Of a DNA stretch of 64,000 bases, positions 25,385-37,790 are shown piece by piece; the stretch's first letter is position 1; the number at the start of each line of letters is the position of its first letter. The notes beneath the pieces are model-generated. The model had not been told where the DNA came from, searched no databases, and saw only the letters and a list, made by a program, of their open reading frames with translations. The DNA is from Mobula hypostoma (lineage: Eukaryota), in assembly GCF_963921235.1 (NCBI RefSeq), contig NC_086108.1:1116001-1180000 (forward strand), written 5' to 3'. The position numbers were made by a program, and so were the translations under genes.

Positions 25385-27655
25385 ATCTCTCAGTGGGAGA
25401 GCATTTTGGAGATAGTGATCACAACTCTATCTCCTTCACCATAGCATTGGAGAAGGATAGGAACAGACAAGTTAAGGAAACGTTTAATTGGAGTAACAGA
25501 AATATAAGGCTATCAGGCCAGGAACTTGGAAGCATAAATTGGAAACAGATGTTCTCAGGGAAATGTACCGAAGAAATATGGCAAATGTTCAGGGGATATT
25601 TGTGTGGAGATCTGCATAGGTACGTTCCAATGAGACAAGGAGAGGATGGTAAGGTACAGGAACCGTGGTGTACAAAGGCTGTTGTAAATCTAGACAAGAA
25701 GAAAAGAAGAGCTTATGAAAGGTACAAAAAGCTAGGTAATGGTAGAAAACTAGAAGATTATAAGGCTAGCAGCAAAGAGCTCAGGAAATAAATTAGGAAA
25801 GCCAGAAGGGGTCATTGAAAGGCCTTGGCAGACAGGATTAAGGAAAACCCCAAGGCATTCTACAAGGATATTAAGAGCAAGAGTATAATATGTGAGAGAG
25901 AAGGACCAATCAAGTGTGACAGTGGAAATGTGTGTATGGAACCGGACGAGATAGCAGAGGTACTTAATGAGTACATTGCTTCAGTATTCACTATGGAAAA
26001 GGATCTTGGTGATTGTAGGGATGACTTACAGCGGACTGAAAAGCCGGAGCATGTAGATATTAAGAAAGAGGATGTACAGAAGCTTTTGGAAAGCATCAAG
26101 TTGGATAAGTCACCAGGACCGGACGAGATGTTCCCCAGGCTACTGAGGGAGGTGAGGGAGGAGATTGCTGAGCCTCTGGCAATGATCTTTGCATCATCAA
26201 TGGGGATGGAAGAGGTTCTGGAGGATTAGAGGGTTGCGGATGTTGTTCCTTTATTCAAGAAAGGGAGTAGAGATAGCCCAGGAAATTATAGCCCAGTGAG
26301 TCTTACCTCAATGGTTGGTATGTTGATGGAGAAGATCCTGAGAGGCAGGATTTATGAACATTTGGAGAGGTATAATATGTTTAGGTATGGGTTTGTCAAG
26401 GGCAGGTTGCGCCTTACGAGCCTAATTGAATTTTTTGAGGATATGACTAAACACATTGATAAAGTTAGAGCAGTAGATGTAGTGTATATGGATTTCACAA
26501 GGCATTTGATGAGGTACCCCATGCAAGTTTTTTTGAGAAAGTAAGGAGGCATGGGATCCAAGAGGTCCTTGCTTTGTGGATCCAGAACTGGCTTGCCCAC
26601 AGAAGGGAAAGAGTGGTTGCAGATGGGTCAGATGGAGGTTGGTGACCAGTGGTGTGCCTCAGGGATCTGTTCCGGGACCCCTACTCTTTGTGAATTTTAT
26701 AAACAACCTGCATGAAAAAGTGGAGGAATGGGTTAGTAAATTTGCTGATGACACAAAGGTTGGAGGTGTTGTGGATAGTATGGAGGGCTGTCAGAGGTCA
26801 CATCGGGACATTGATAGGATGCAAAAATGGGCTGAGATGTGGCAGATGGAGTTCAACCCAGATAAGTGTGAGATGATTCATTTTGGTAGGTCAAATATGA
26901 TGGCGGAATATAGTATTAATGGTAAGACTCTTGGCAGTGTGGAAAAGCAGAGGGATCTTGGGGTCCGAGTCCATAGGACACTCAAGGCTGCTACGCAGGT
27001 TGACTCTGTGGTTAAGAAGACATACGGTGTATTGGCCTTCATCAATCGTGGGATTGAGTTTAGGAGCCGAGAGGTAATGTTGCAGCTATATAGGACCCTG
27101 GTCAGACCCCACTTGGAGTACTGTGCTCAGTTCTGGTCACCTCACTACAGGAAGGATGTGGAAGCCATAGAAAGGGTGCAGAGGAGATTTACAATGATGT
27201 TGCCTGGATTGGGGAGCATGCCTTATGAGAATAGATTGAGTGAACTCGGCCTTTTCTCCTTGGAGCGACGGAGGATGAGAGGTGACCTGATAGAGGTGTA
27301 TAAGATGATGAGAGGCATTGATCATGTGGATAGTCAGAGGCTTTTTCCCAGAGCTGAAATGGCTAGCACGAGAAGACACAGTTTTAAGGTGCTTGGAAGT
27401 AGGTACAGAGGAGCTATCAGGGGTAAGTTTTTTACGCAGAGAGTGGTGAGTGTGTGGAATGGGCTGCCGGCGACGGTCGTGGAGGCGGATACAATAGGGT
27501 CTTTTAAGAGACTCCTGGACAGGTACATGGAGCTCAGAGAAACAGAAGGCTATGGGCAACTCTAGGTAACTTCACAGGTAAAGACACGTTCGGCACAGCT
27601 TTGTGGGCTGAACGGCCTGTATTGTGCTGTAGGTTTTCTATGTTTCTATGTTTCT
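25385..27655 (+). mobile_element. 5'-truncated CR1
   Basis: ORF pieces 25393-27565 (SDH, FADD, RPHLEYC) and (TTTCTATG)n tail. Confidence 0.93.
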
Positions 27656-28904
27656 AATTAGTCACCTTCCCCAATTAAGTACTTTCTGATACTGCTTGTC
27701 ACTGTCCGAGACTATGGATGGTATTTGAGTGGTTAGCACAACTAGCGACCCGGGTTTCAATTCTCTCCGTTATTTGCAAGGAGTTTGTATGTTCTCCCCA
27801 TGACCGCCTGGGTTTCCTCCAGGAGATCCCGTTTCCTCCCATAGTCCAAAGACGCACCAGCTGAGGGGGTTAATTGGTCATTGTAAATTGTCCTGTGATT
27901 CGGCTAGGATTAAAACAGACACAGCTTGGAGGGCTGGAAGGGAATATTCTGTTCTGTATTATAAAAATAAATAGATAGATGGCAGATAGAGAGAGAGATG
28001 GAGATAGAGAGAATGAGAGGAGAGAAAGAAAGAGAGAAAGAGAAAGAGAGACAGGAAGGAAAGAGGGGAAGTAGGAGGGAAGAAGGGTGTTGGTGTTTGG
28101 TGGTCACCATCTCTGAAATGCTCACCCGCCAATAAACCTGCCACCTGACCGGCTTCACTTCCTGGCACTAGATCCAGTGTGGCCTCTCCTCTAGGCAGAT
28201 TGTCCGTGCATCGTGCCAGGAATCCTTCTGGGACACACCGAACAAATTCTGCCCCATCTAAATGTTTTGCTGTAAGCTGGTGCCAATCAGTATTAAGGAA
28301 GTTGAAGAGACTGCTGAGCCTCCTGCAGTATTTTGAGTGTGTCGGTTGAAGGCAACCCTGCTATATTTTCACCTTTCCAAAATTTGCCTACTTATCTGCT
28401 CCTCATTGTCCCTGTTGCTATTGGAGGGTCTATTGAAAACTCCCAATTGAGTGATTGCTCCGTTTCCTGTTTCTGACTCAGTAGACTACGCTCTCTATCT
28501 GCAGCTGTGATACCTTCTCCCCTCAGGCCGTGAGGCTACCGAGCACTCCGCCACCACCCAAGCCTCATCACGTATGAAGCCCCAGTAGCATTATTCTGTT
28601 CACTTTTTAACGTGTCACAAATGGATCTTATTATTTGTGATAATATTACTTTATGTGTTGGGCTCGTCAGTGATATTATCTGTGTTGTGCAGCATGTTCT
28701 ATGTAGAGGTATACATGAGTACATTTGAAATGACAATAAACAAAATTGAATTTGTGTATGCAACATTCCTAGTAAATCTCTCAGTCGCCTTACAGTACTG
28801 GGGAGCTGGGTTCAATTCCCACCGCTGCCTGTAAGGAGTTTGATCGTTCTCCCTGTGATCCGGCCGGTTTCCTCCAGGTGCTCCGGTTTCCTCCCACAAT
28901 CCAT

Positions 28905-29500
28905 AGAATAATAACCACAACAGAATAACCACACCAACATGGGCGTTCAACCAGAATGCAGAAGACACCAAGCTGATCAATTATAAACAGAAAGAAATAA
29001 TAAATAACTAAATAAACAAGCAAATAAATTAATAAACAAATAAGCAATAAATATTGAGAACATGAGATGAAGAGTCTTTGAAAGTGAGTCCATTAGTTGT
29101 GGGAATGGTTCAGTGTTGTGGTGAGTGAAGTTATCCACACTGGTTCAGGAGCCTGATGGTTGTGGGATAATAACTGTTCCTGAACCTGGTGGTGTGGGAC
29201 CTGAGGCTCATTGTGGTGAGTGAAGTTATCCACACTGGTTCAGGAGCCTGATGGTTGTGGGGTAATAACTGTTCCTGAACCTGGTGGTGTGGGACCTGAG
29301 GCTCATTGTGGTGAGTGAAGTTATCCACACTGGTTCAGGAGCCTGATGGTTGTGGGGTAATAACTGTTCCTGAACCTGGTGGTGTGGGACCTGAGGCTCA
29401 TTGTGGTGAGTGAAGTTATCCACACTGGTTCAGGAGCCTGATGGTTGTGGGGTAATAACTGTTCCTGAACCTGGTGGTGTGGGACCTGAGGCTCCTGCAC
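28905..29500 (-). mobile_element. Rex1-like LINE 3' end containing a tandem expansion
   Basis: TTRFRNSYYPTTIRLLN C-terminal motif; AT-rich 3'UTR shared with the copies at 11105 and 38530. Confidence 0.7.
29116..29494. repeat. 95-bp tandem repeat, 4 near-identical copies
   Basis: Period 95 (ORF ends at 29131, 29226, 29321, 29416). Confidence 0.97.
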
Positions 29501-29640
29501 TTTTTGACTGTTTCTGTGCCGAATGACGCTATAAGTCCATGGAAAGTCCAATTAGACAACAGTACTGCCCAGTTGGCCTTGTGAGGGTGGGTCAATTTGA
29601 GGATGGGCACATGAACTGATCAACAGTGAGACACGCACAT

Positions 29641-31000
29641 ATAAAAAGTATTCACCGCCCCCCCCACCCCCCGGAAGTTAATAATACAAAATAATTGATT
29701 GCATAAGAATTCACCCCTATAATATGACACACCAATTTATCACTGGTGTAGCAATTGGTTTTAGAAGTCACAAAATTGGTTAAATGGAGATCTGTTTTTG
29801 GAGACTTGTGTGCAGTCAAGGTGTTTCGATTGATTGTAGTAAAAATATACATATCTGGAAAGTCCAACTGCTGGTGAGTCAGTATTCTGGAAAAAACTAC
29901 ATCATGAAGACAAAAGAACACGCCAAGCAAATCTGTGAAAAGGTTATTGAAAAGCACAAGTCAGGAGATGGATACAAGAAAATTTCCAAGTCACCGAAAA
30001 TCCCTTGGAGAACAGTTAAGTCAATCATCAAGCAATGGAAAGAATATGGCACAGCTGTAAATCTGCCTCGAGCAGGCCGGCCTCAAAAACTGAGTGACCA
30101 TGCAAGTGAGGACTAGTGAGGGAGGACACCGAGAGACCGATGACAACTCTGGAGGGGTTACAAGCTTCAGTGGCTGAGATGGGAGAGACTGCACATACAA
30201 CAGTCTGCATGGGTGCTTCTTTATGGGAGAGTGACAAAGAGAAAGCCACTGTAGAAAAAAAAACTCACATGAAGTTTGCCAGGAGCCATGTAGGAGACTC
30301 TGTGTCAGCTGGAAGATGGTTCTATGGTCTGATGAAACCAAAATTGAACTTTTCGGCCATCAGACTAAACACTAAGTTTGGCATAAACCAAACACCGCGT
30401 ATTATCAAAAACACACCATCCTTGCTGTGAAGCATGGTGGTGGCTGCATCATGCTGTGGGGATGCTTGTGAAGGTAGAGGGTAAAATGAATGCAGCAAAA
30501 TACAGGGAAATTCTGGAGGAAAACCTGATGCAATCTGCAAGAGAACAGTGACTTGGGAGATTTGTTTTCCAGCAAGGCAATGACCCCATGCATAATGCCA
30601 AAGCTAGACAGGAATCTCTTAAATAAAACCATGTCCTGGAGTGGCCAAGTTGGAGTCCAGACCTCAATCCAATTGTGAATTTGTTGTTGGACTTGGAAAA
30701 GGCTGTTGATTCACGATTCCCATGCAGTCTGACAGAGCTTGAGCAGTTTTGTAAAGAAGAATGGGGAAAAATTGTAGTGTCCAGATGTGCAAAGCTGATA
30801 GAGACCTATCCACACAGACTCAAGGCTGTAATTGCTACCAAAGGAGCATCTACTAAATACTGACTTGAAGGGGATGAATACTTATACAATTACTTTGTGC
30901 TTTATATTTGTAATTAATTTAGATCACTCTGTTTTCACTTTAGCACAGAAGAATCTTTTTCTGTTGATCAGTGTCAAAAAAGCCAAATTAAACCTTTTGG
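29641..31000 (+). mobile_element. Degenerate Tc1-family DNA transposon; transposase pseudogene ~29904-30863
   Basis: [74 protein letters not shown]; aaaagtattcac and gatgaatactt terminal motifs. Confidence 0.92.
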
Positions 31001-31026
31001 CTGACTGTGCCCTCGCCTCTGTACTT

Positions 31027-32100
31027 TCCTCCCTCCATCCCTCCCCCGTACCTCCCTCCATCCCTCCCCCCGTCTCTCCCCCCATCCCTTCCCCTGTCTC
31101 TCCCCCCATTCCTCCCTCCGTACCTCCCTCCATCCCTCCCCCGTACCTCCCTCCATCCCTCCCCCGTCTCTCCCTCCATCCCTTCCCCTGTCTCTCCCCC
31201 CATTCCTCCCTCCGTACCTCCCTCCATCCCTCCCCCGTACCTCCCTCCATCCCTCCCCCGTCTCTCCCCCATCCCTCCCCCCCGTACCTCCCTCCATCCC
31301 TTCCCCCATCTCTTCCCCATCCCTCTCCCCGTACCTCCATCCATCCCTCCCCCCGTCTCTTCCCGCATCCCTCCCCTGTCTCTCCCTCCATCCCTCCCCC
31401 CGTCTCTCCCTCCATCCCTTCCCCTGTCTCTCCCCCCATTCCTCCCTCCGTACCTCCCTCCATCCCTCCCCCGTACCTCCCTCCATCCCTCCCCGTCTCT
31501 TCCCCCATCCCTCCCCCGTACCTCCCTCCATCCCTCCCCGTCTCTTCCCCCATCCCTCCCCCGTACCTCCCTCCATCCCTCCCCCGTACCTCCCTCCATC
31601 CCTCCCCCGTCTCTCCCCCCATCCCTCCCCGTACCTCCCTCCATCCCTCCCATCTCTTCCCGCATCCCTCCCCCGTACCTCCCTCCATCCCTCCCCGTCT
31701 CTCCCCCGTACCTTCCCCTGTCTCTCCCCCCATTCCTCCCTCCGTACCTCCCTCCATCCCTCCCCGTCTCTCCCCCCATCCCTCCTCCTGTACCTCCCTC
31801 CATCCCTCCCCGTCTCTCCCCCGTACCTTCCCCTGTCTCTCCCCCCATTCCTCCCTCCGTACCTCCCTCCATCCCTTCCCCTGTCTCTCCCCCCATTCCT
31901 CCCTCCATACCTCCCTCCATCCCTCCCCCGTACCTCCCTCCATCCCTCCCCGTCTCTTCCCCCATCCCTCCCCCCGTACCTCCCTCCATCCCTCCCCCGT
32001 CTCTCCCTCCATCCCTCCCCCGTACCTCCCTCCATCCCTCCCCCGTCTCTTCCCCCATCCCTCCCCCCGTACCTCCCTCCATCCCTCCCCTGTCTCTCCC
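31027..32100. repeat. Pyrimidine-rich minisatellite (cccgtacctccctccatccctcc-type units; G-rich on the minus strand)
   Basis: Direct reading; about 1.07 kb. Confidence 0.97.
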
Positions 32101-32254
32101 TATAAGATGCCAGTGAAGTCTGCAGCTACCATAATAGCCACATTGTGAAGTAACTGTCTGCTCCCCTGTGCAATATCACAGGACAGGACATTAATCATGC
32201 TACACAAACAGAAGGCTCATCAGTCAGGAAGAGAATAACCGTTAATATTAGACT

Positions 32255-32870
32255 GTGAGATATAGGAGCAGAATTAGCCCATTTGGCCCATTGAGTCTGT
32301 GCTGTCATTTCATCATGGCTGATTCATGTTCCCTCTCAGCCTCAGTCTCCTGCCTTCTCCCCATATCCCTTCATGCCCTGACCAATCAAGAATCTATCAA
32401 CCTCTGCCTTAAATATACATAGAGACTTGGCCTCCACAGCAATGAATTCCACAGATCCACCATCCTCTGGCTAAAGAAATTCCTCCTCACCTCTGTTCTA
32501 AAAGGACGCCCCTCTGCTCAGACGCTGTGTCCTCAGGGCCTAGACTACCCCCAACCATAGAAAATCTCTTCTCTCTATCGAGGCCTTTCACTAATCAATA
32601 GGTGTCAATTAGGTCACCCTCTCATTCTTCTAAATTCCAGTGAATAGAGGCCAAGAGCCAATACTCTTCAAATGACAAGCCATTCAATCCTGGAATCATT
32701 TTTGTGAACCTCCTTTGAACACTCTCCAGTTTCACAAAGCCTTTCTAAGATATAGGGCCCAAGCCCACTCACAGTATTGTAAGTAAGGGCTCACCAGTGC
32801 TTTATAAAGTCTCAACATTACATCCTTGCTTTTATATTCTAATCCTCTTGAAAAAAATGAATGCTAACAT
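32255..32870 (-). mobile_element. Older CR1 3' fragment
   Basis: gatataggagcagaattagcccatttggccca tail and ORF2 C-terminus. Confidence 0.8.
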
Positions 32871-33588
32871 GGCATATTTTTTGCCTGCTGAAACCTCGTG
32901 GATCAGGTTGGGTATTCTGTACCAAGGAGGAATTCAGCACAGTCTGAGGAACAAAAGCTCCCAGCTTCCGTTTACCATCTCCATGATCACCCAAGCTTCT
33001 AATGAAGGTGCTTCTATTCCTTGGTAAAACTGCAGGTAATTTCCCTGGGGCAGAGTAGGCTGACCCAAGACATCACTTGGTGATTCCCCTCTTGGCCCAG
33101 CCATTGGGTCTCTCTTCCACCCATCCAAGATATCTACCAGGAGTACTGCATGTGCAGGGCCCTTAGCTTTATCAATGACCCCACCCATCTGCCCCACAAT
33201 TTCCCATCCCCCCCCCAACAGGAGGCACCTTAGCATTAGGACAAAGACTGTTAGAATGGGAAACAGCTTCCTCCCCCAGACTACTGAAATCCCTGCCGTC
33301 TCATCATGTATATACTGTATATACAGTAGCAATATACTGTTTACTTGTGTCGTAAATGCACCTTATTAACTTGCGAATTTATTTGTGGTAATATTACTGT
33401 ATGTGTTATGCCTGTGTGTGTGAGTTATATGTAACATGTTGTACACCTTTGGTCTGGAGGAATATTTGGTGGTATACAATCCCAATGAAGGGGCCCGGCC
33501 CGAAACGTTGATTGTTTAATCTTTCCCATAGATGCTGCTCGGCCTGCCGGCTTCCCCCTGCATTCTGTCCGTGTTGCTATGTACATAT

Positions 33589-34120
33589 GGTTCCTTGAGG
33601 TTGTTATAGCCGGGGGTGGTAATGGCAACAAGCTCCCACTACCTATTAAATGGTGTATGTCTCAAATAGCCTCTGACAGCCAAGTCCAGCTCCTGGCCTT
33701 CACGTGAGGCTTAGCTACTAAGCCCAGCAGAACCATTTCTACTGACAGGAGAAGGGGCAAATGTGGGTTACTGGCACCTTAAAACTGGTCACTTCAGGCA
33801 GATGAGGCTCATCAGCTGTGGTTGGCAGCTCAGCTGGAAGGAAAACTCTGACCTCAAACCTCCGCTGCCTTGTGGCTATACCCAACTCATGGGGAAGGTT
33901 TTGGGAGTAAACCCCGAGGGAAAGATCCAGAGCCGGACACCTGCACTCAATGCTGACTGGCAACTCCTGCGATGCTGCTGGTGCCATTTGGCATTGGTCT
34001 GTGCTGTTCCTTTGCTACACGGGCATCCGCTTGCTCTCCATATCGTACTGCCCAAGCTTGCGTGTCTAGACAGCTGGGATGCAACATCCACGGTCAACCT
34101 TGAGTGACGGAAGCCTCAGA
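33589..34120 (+). mobile_element. Non-coding retroelement (SINE or RTE-5'UTR-like) with a structured 5' end
   Basis: Homologous along its length to the minus-strand copy at 50128-51296; no ORF. Confidence 0.7.
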
Positions 34121-37100
34121 TACATGTATACGATTGAAGTGACAATAAGCTTAAACTTGGACTTGCGTATACAGTACTGCTGGTAAACATCTCGGATGGG
34201 TGGAAGAGACCTCAATGGCTAGGCTTGGACTCAATATCCTCTCCAAGTCAGAACCACTGCTGAACGTGAAATATTTTCAGCCAACTACGTCTACATAAAT
34301 CAGACACCTTCTTCCCACTATCCTGGGCCAAAGGGAACAGCATCCAGGAAGACAGCTGTATAGAGCGGGAGTCCGAGTAGAGGGAGTCAGAGTACGAGGG
34401 CATTGACTCAATGGGGCTTCAATGATAATGGATCAAGACGAAGTAAGTTACTTGTGAAAAATAGGATAAGGAAGCTTATCTGCGAGGCCAGTGTTCTGTA
34501 CTGGGCCAGGTTAGGGAACTGGAGATGCAGCTCAATGACCTTCATCTGGTCAGGGACAATGAGGAGGTGATAGATTGGAGCTATAGGCAAGTAGTCACAC
34601 TGGGGCCTTGGGAGACAGATAATTGGGTAACAATCAGGTGAGGGAAGAGCAAGAGTCAGATACTAGAGGCTGTCCCTCTTAACAATAAGTACTCCTGCTT
34701 GAGTACTGTTGGGGGTGGGGGGAAATGACCTACCTGAGGGAAGCAACAGTGGTCGCGCCTCTGGCACAGAGTCTGGCCCTGTGGCTCAGAAGGGTAGGGA
34801 AAGGAAGAGGTTGGCAGCAGTGATAGGGGACTCTATAGTTTGGGGGTCAGACGGGTGATTCTGTGGACACAGGAAAGAAACACAGATGGTAGTTTGCCTC
34901 CCAGCTGCCAGGGTCCGGGATGTTTCTGATCGCGTCCACGATATCCTGAAGTGGGAAGGAGAACAGCCAGAGGTTGTGGTACATATTGATACCAATGACA
35001 AAGGTAGGAAAAGGGAGGAGATCCTGAAAGCAGACTACAGGGAGTTGGGAAAGAAGCTGAGAAGCAGAACCACAAGGGTAAAAATCCCGGGATTACTGCC
35101 TGTGCCACGTGACAGTGAGTATGGGAACAGAGTGAGGTGGAGGATAAATGCGTGGCTGAGGGATTGGAGCAGGGGGCAGGGATTCAAATTTCTGGATCAT
35201 TGGGACCTCTTTTGGGGCAGGCGTGACCTGTACAAAAAGGACGGGTTGCACTCGAGTCCGAGGGGGACCAATATCCTGGCGGGGAGGTTTGCTAAGGCTA
35301 CTGGGGAGAGTTTAAACTAGAATTGCTGGGGGGTGGGAATCGAACTGAAGAGACGGAGGAAGGAATGGTTGGCTCACAAATAGAGAAAGCTTGTAGACAG
35401 TGTGAGAGGAAGGATAGACATGTGATAGAGAAGGGACACGCTCAGACTGATGGTTTGAGATGTGTCTATTTTAATGCAAGGAGTGTCATGAACAAAGTGG
35501 ACGAGCTTAAAGCGTGGATCAGTACTTGGAGCTATGATGTTGTGGCCATTACGCAGACTTGGATGCTCAGGGGCAGGAATGGCTACTTAGAGTGCCAGGC
35601 TTCAGATGTTTCAGAAAGGACAGCCGGGGGGGGATGCAAAAGAGGTGGGGGTGTGGCACTGTTGATCAGAGATAGAGTCACAGCTGCAAAAAAGGAGGAA
35701 GTCATGGAGGGGTTGTCTACTGAGTCTCTACGGGTGGAAGTTAGAAACAGGAAGGGGTCAATAACCACCCAATAGTAACAGGGACATCAAGGAGCAGATA
35801 GGGAGACAGATTCTGGAACGGTGCAATAATAACGGGGTTGTCGTGATGGGAGATTTTAGTTATCCCAGTACCGATTGGTATCTTTCTGGAGTGAGGAGTT
35901 TAGATGGGGTGGAGTTTGTTAGGTGTGTTCAGGAAGGTTTCCTGACTAAAAGAGAAGAGGCTGTACTTGATCTGGTATTGGGAAATGAACCTGGTCAGGT
36001 GTCAGATTTCACAGTGGGAGAGCATTTTGGAGATAGTGATCACAGTTCTATCTACTTTAGCATAGCATTGGAGACGGATAGGAACAGACAAATTAGGAAA
36101 ACGCTTAATTGGAGTAAGGGAAAATTTGAAGCTATCAGGCAGGAACTTGGAAGCATAAATTGGGAAGAAATGTTCTCAGGGAACTGTATAGCAGAAATGT
36201 GGCAAATGTTCAGGGGATATTTGCGTGGAGTTCTGCATAGGTATGTTCCAATGAGACAGGGAAAGGATGGTAGGATATAGGAACCATGATGTACAAAGGC
36301 TGTTGAAAATCTAGTCAAGAAGAAAAGCTTACGAAAGGTTCAAAAAACTAGATACTGATAGATAGCTAGAAAATTATAAGGCTAGCAGGAAAGAGCTTAA
36401 GAATGAAACTAGGAGAGCCAGAAAGGGGCCATGAGAAGGCCTTGGCAAGCAGGATTAAGGAAAATCCCAAGGTATTCTACCAGTATGTGAAGAGCAAGAG
36501 GATAAGACGTGAGAGAATAGGACTAATCAAGTGTGACAGTGGAAAAGTGTGTATGGAACTAGAATAGGTAGCGGAGGTACTTAATGAATACTTTGCTTCA
36601 ATATTCACCATGGAAAAGGACCATGGTGATTGTAGGGATGAGTTAGAGCAGACTGAAAAGCTTGAGCATATAGTCATTAAGAAAGAGGATGTGCTGGAGC
36701 TTTTGGAAAGCATCAAGTTGGATAAACTACTGGGACCGGATGGGATGTACCCCAGGCTACTGTGGGAGGCAAGGGAGGAGATTGCTGAGCCTCTGGTGAT
36801 GATCTTTGCATCATCAATGGGGACGGGAGAGGTTCTGGAGGATTGGAGGGTTGAGGGTGTTGTTCCCTTATTCAAGAAAGGGAGTAGAGATAGCCCAGGA
36901 AATTATAGCCCAGTGAGTCTTACCTCAATGGTTGGTATGTTGATGGAGAAGATCCTGAGAGGCAGAATTTATGAACGTTTGGAGAGGCATAATCTGATTA
37001 GGGATAGTCAGCATAGCTTTGTCAAAGGCAGGTTGTACCTTACCAGCCTGATTGAATTTTTTGAGGATGTGACTAAACACATTGATGAAGGTAGAGCAGT

Positions 37101-37232
37101 AGATGTAGTGTATATGGATTTCAGCAAGGCATTTGATAAGGTACCCCATGCAAGGCTTATTGAGAAAGTAAGGAGGCATGGGATCCAAGGTGACCTTGCA
37201 GTATTGGCTTGCCCACAAAAGGCAAAGGCAAA

Positions 37233-37790
37233 GATATGAGAGGATCATGGGACAGGAGGCCTAGGGAGAAAGAAAAGTGGCGGGGGCGGGGAGCCCAGAG
37301 GATGGGCAAGGGATATAGTCAGAGGGACAGAGGGAGAAAAAGGAGAGAGAGAAAAAGAATGCGTGTATATAAATAAATAAATAATGGATGGGGTACGAGG
37401 GGGAGGTGGGGCATTAGCGGAAGTTTGAGAAGTCAATGTTCATGCCATCAGCTTGGAGGCTACTCAGACGGAATATAAGGTGTCATGCCACCAGGTTTCT
37501 CCCTAGGCCTTCTGTCCCATGATCCTCTCGTATCCCTTTTGCCTATCACCTGTCCAGCTCTTGGCTCCATCCCTCCCTCTCCTGTCTTCTCCTATCATTT
37601 TGGATCTCCCCCTCCCCTTCCCACTTTCAAATCTCTTACTAGCTCTTCCTTCAGTTAGTCCTGACGAAGGGTCTTGGCCCGAAACATCGACTGTACCTCT
37701 TCCTAGAGATGCTGCCTGGCCTGCTGCATTCACCAGCAACTTTTATGTGTGTTGCTTGAAATTCCAGCATCTGCAGATTTCCTCGTGTTT
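37233..37790. mobile_element. Penelope-like terminal fragment with internally inverted structure
   Basis: gatatgagaggatcatgggacaggaggcctagggagaaa at 37233 is inverted at ~37496-37535; ends tgcttgaaattccagcatctgcagatttcctcgtgtt, as in the 17342 insert. Confidence 0.8.
37656..37693 (+). ncRNA. Minimal type I hammerhead ribozyme motif (Penelope-associated)
   Basis: TAGTC-CTGACGA-A-GGG(TCTTGG)CCC-GAAAC-ATC-GACTG; stem I TAGTC/GACTG intact, GTC>ATC change. Confidence 0.55.

Noticed and set aside
28100..28250. Donor-like site suggesting an extra exon in the large intron
   Set aside because: The sequence is a decayed CR1 endonuclease fragment (GEHFRDGDH-like).
29116..29494. CRISPR-like regular repeats (also 54211-55030)
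   Set aside because: No unique spacers; these are eukaryotic TE-derived tandem repeats.
30832..32148. Long Pro-rich and Gly/Glu/Arg-rich ORFs in five frames
   Set aside because: Artefacts of a stop-free minisatellite.
33680..33760. Twister ribozyme reading of the structured element
   Set aside because: Has AAGCCC and GAAGGG words but lacks the UAA cleavage context and a correctly placed pseudoknot partner.
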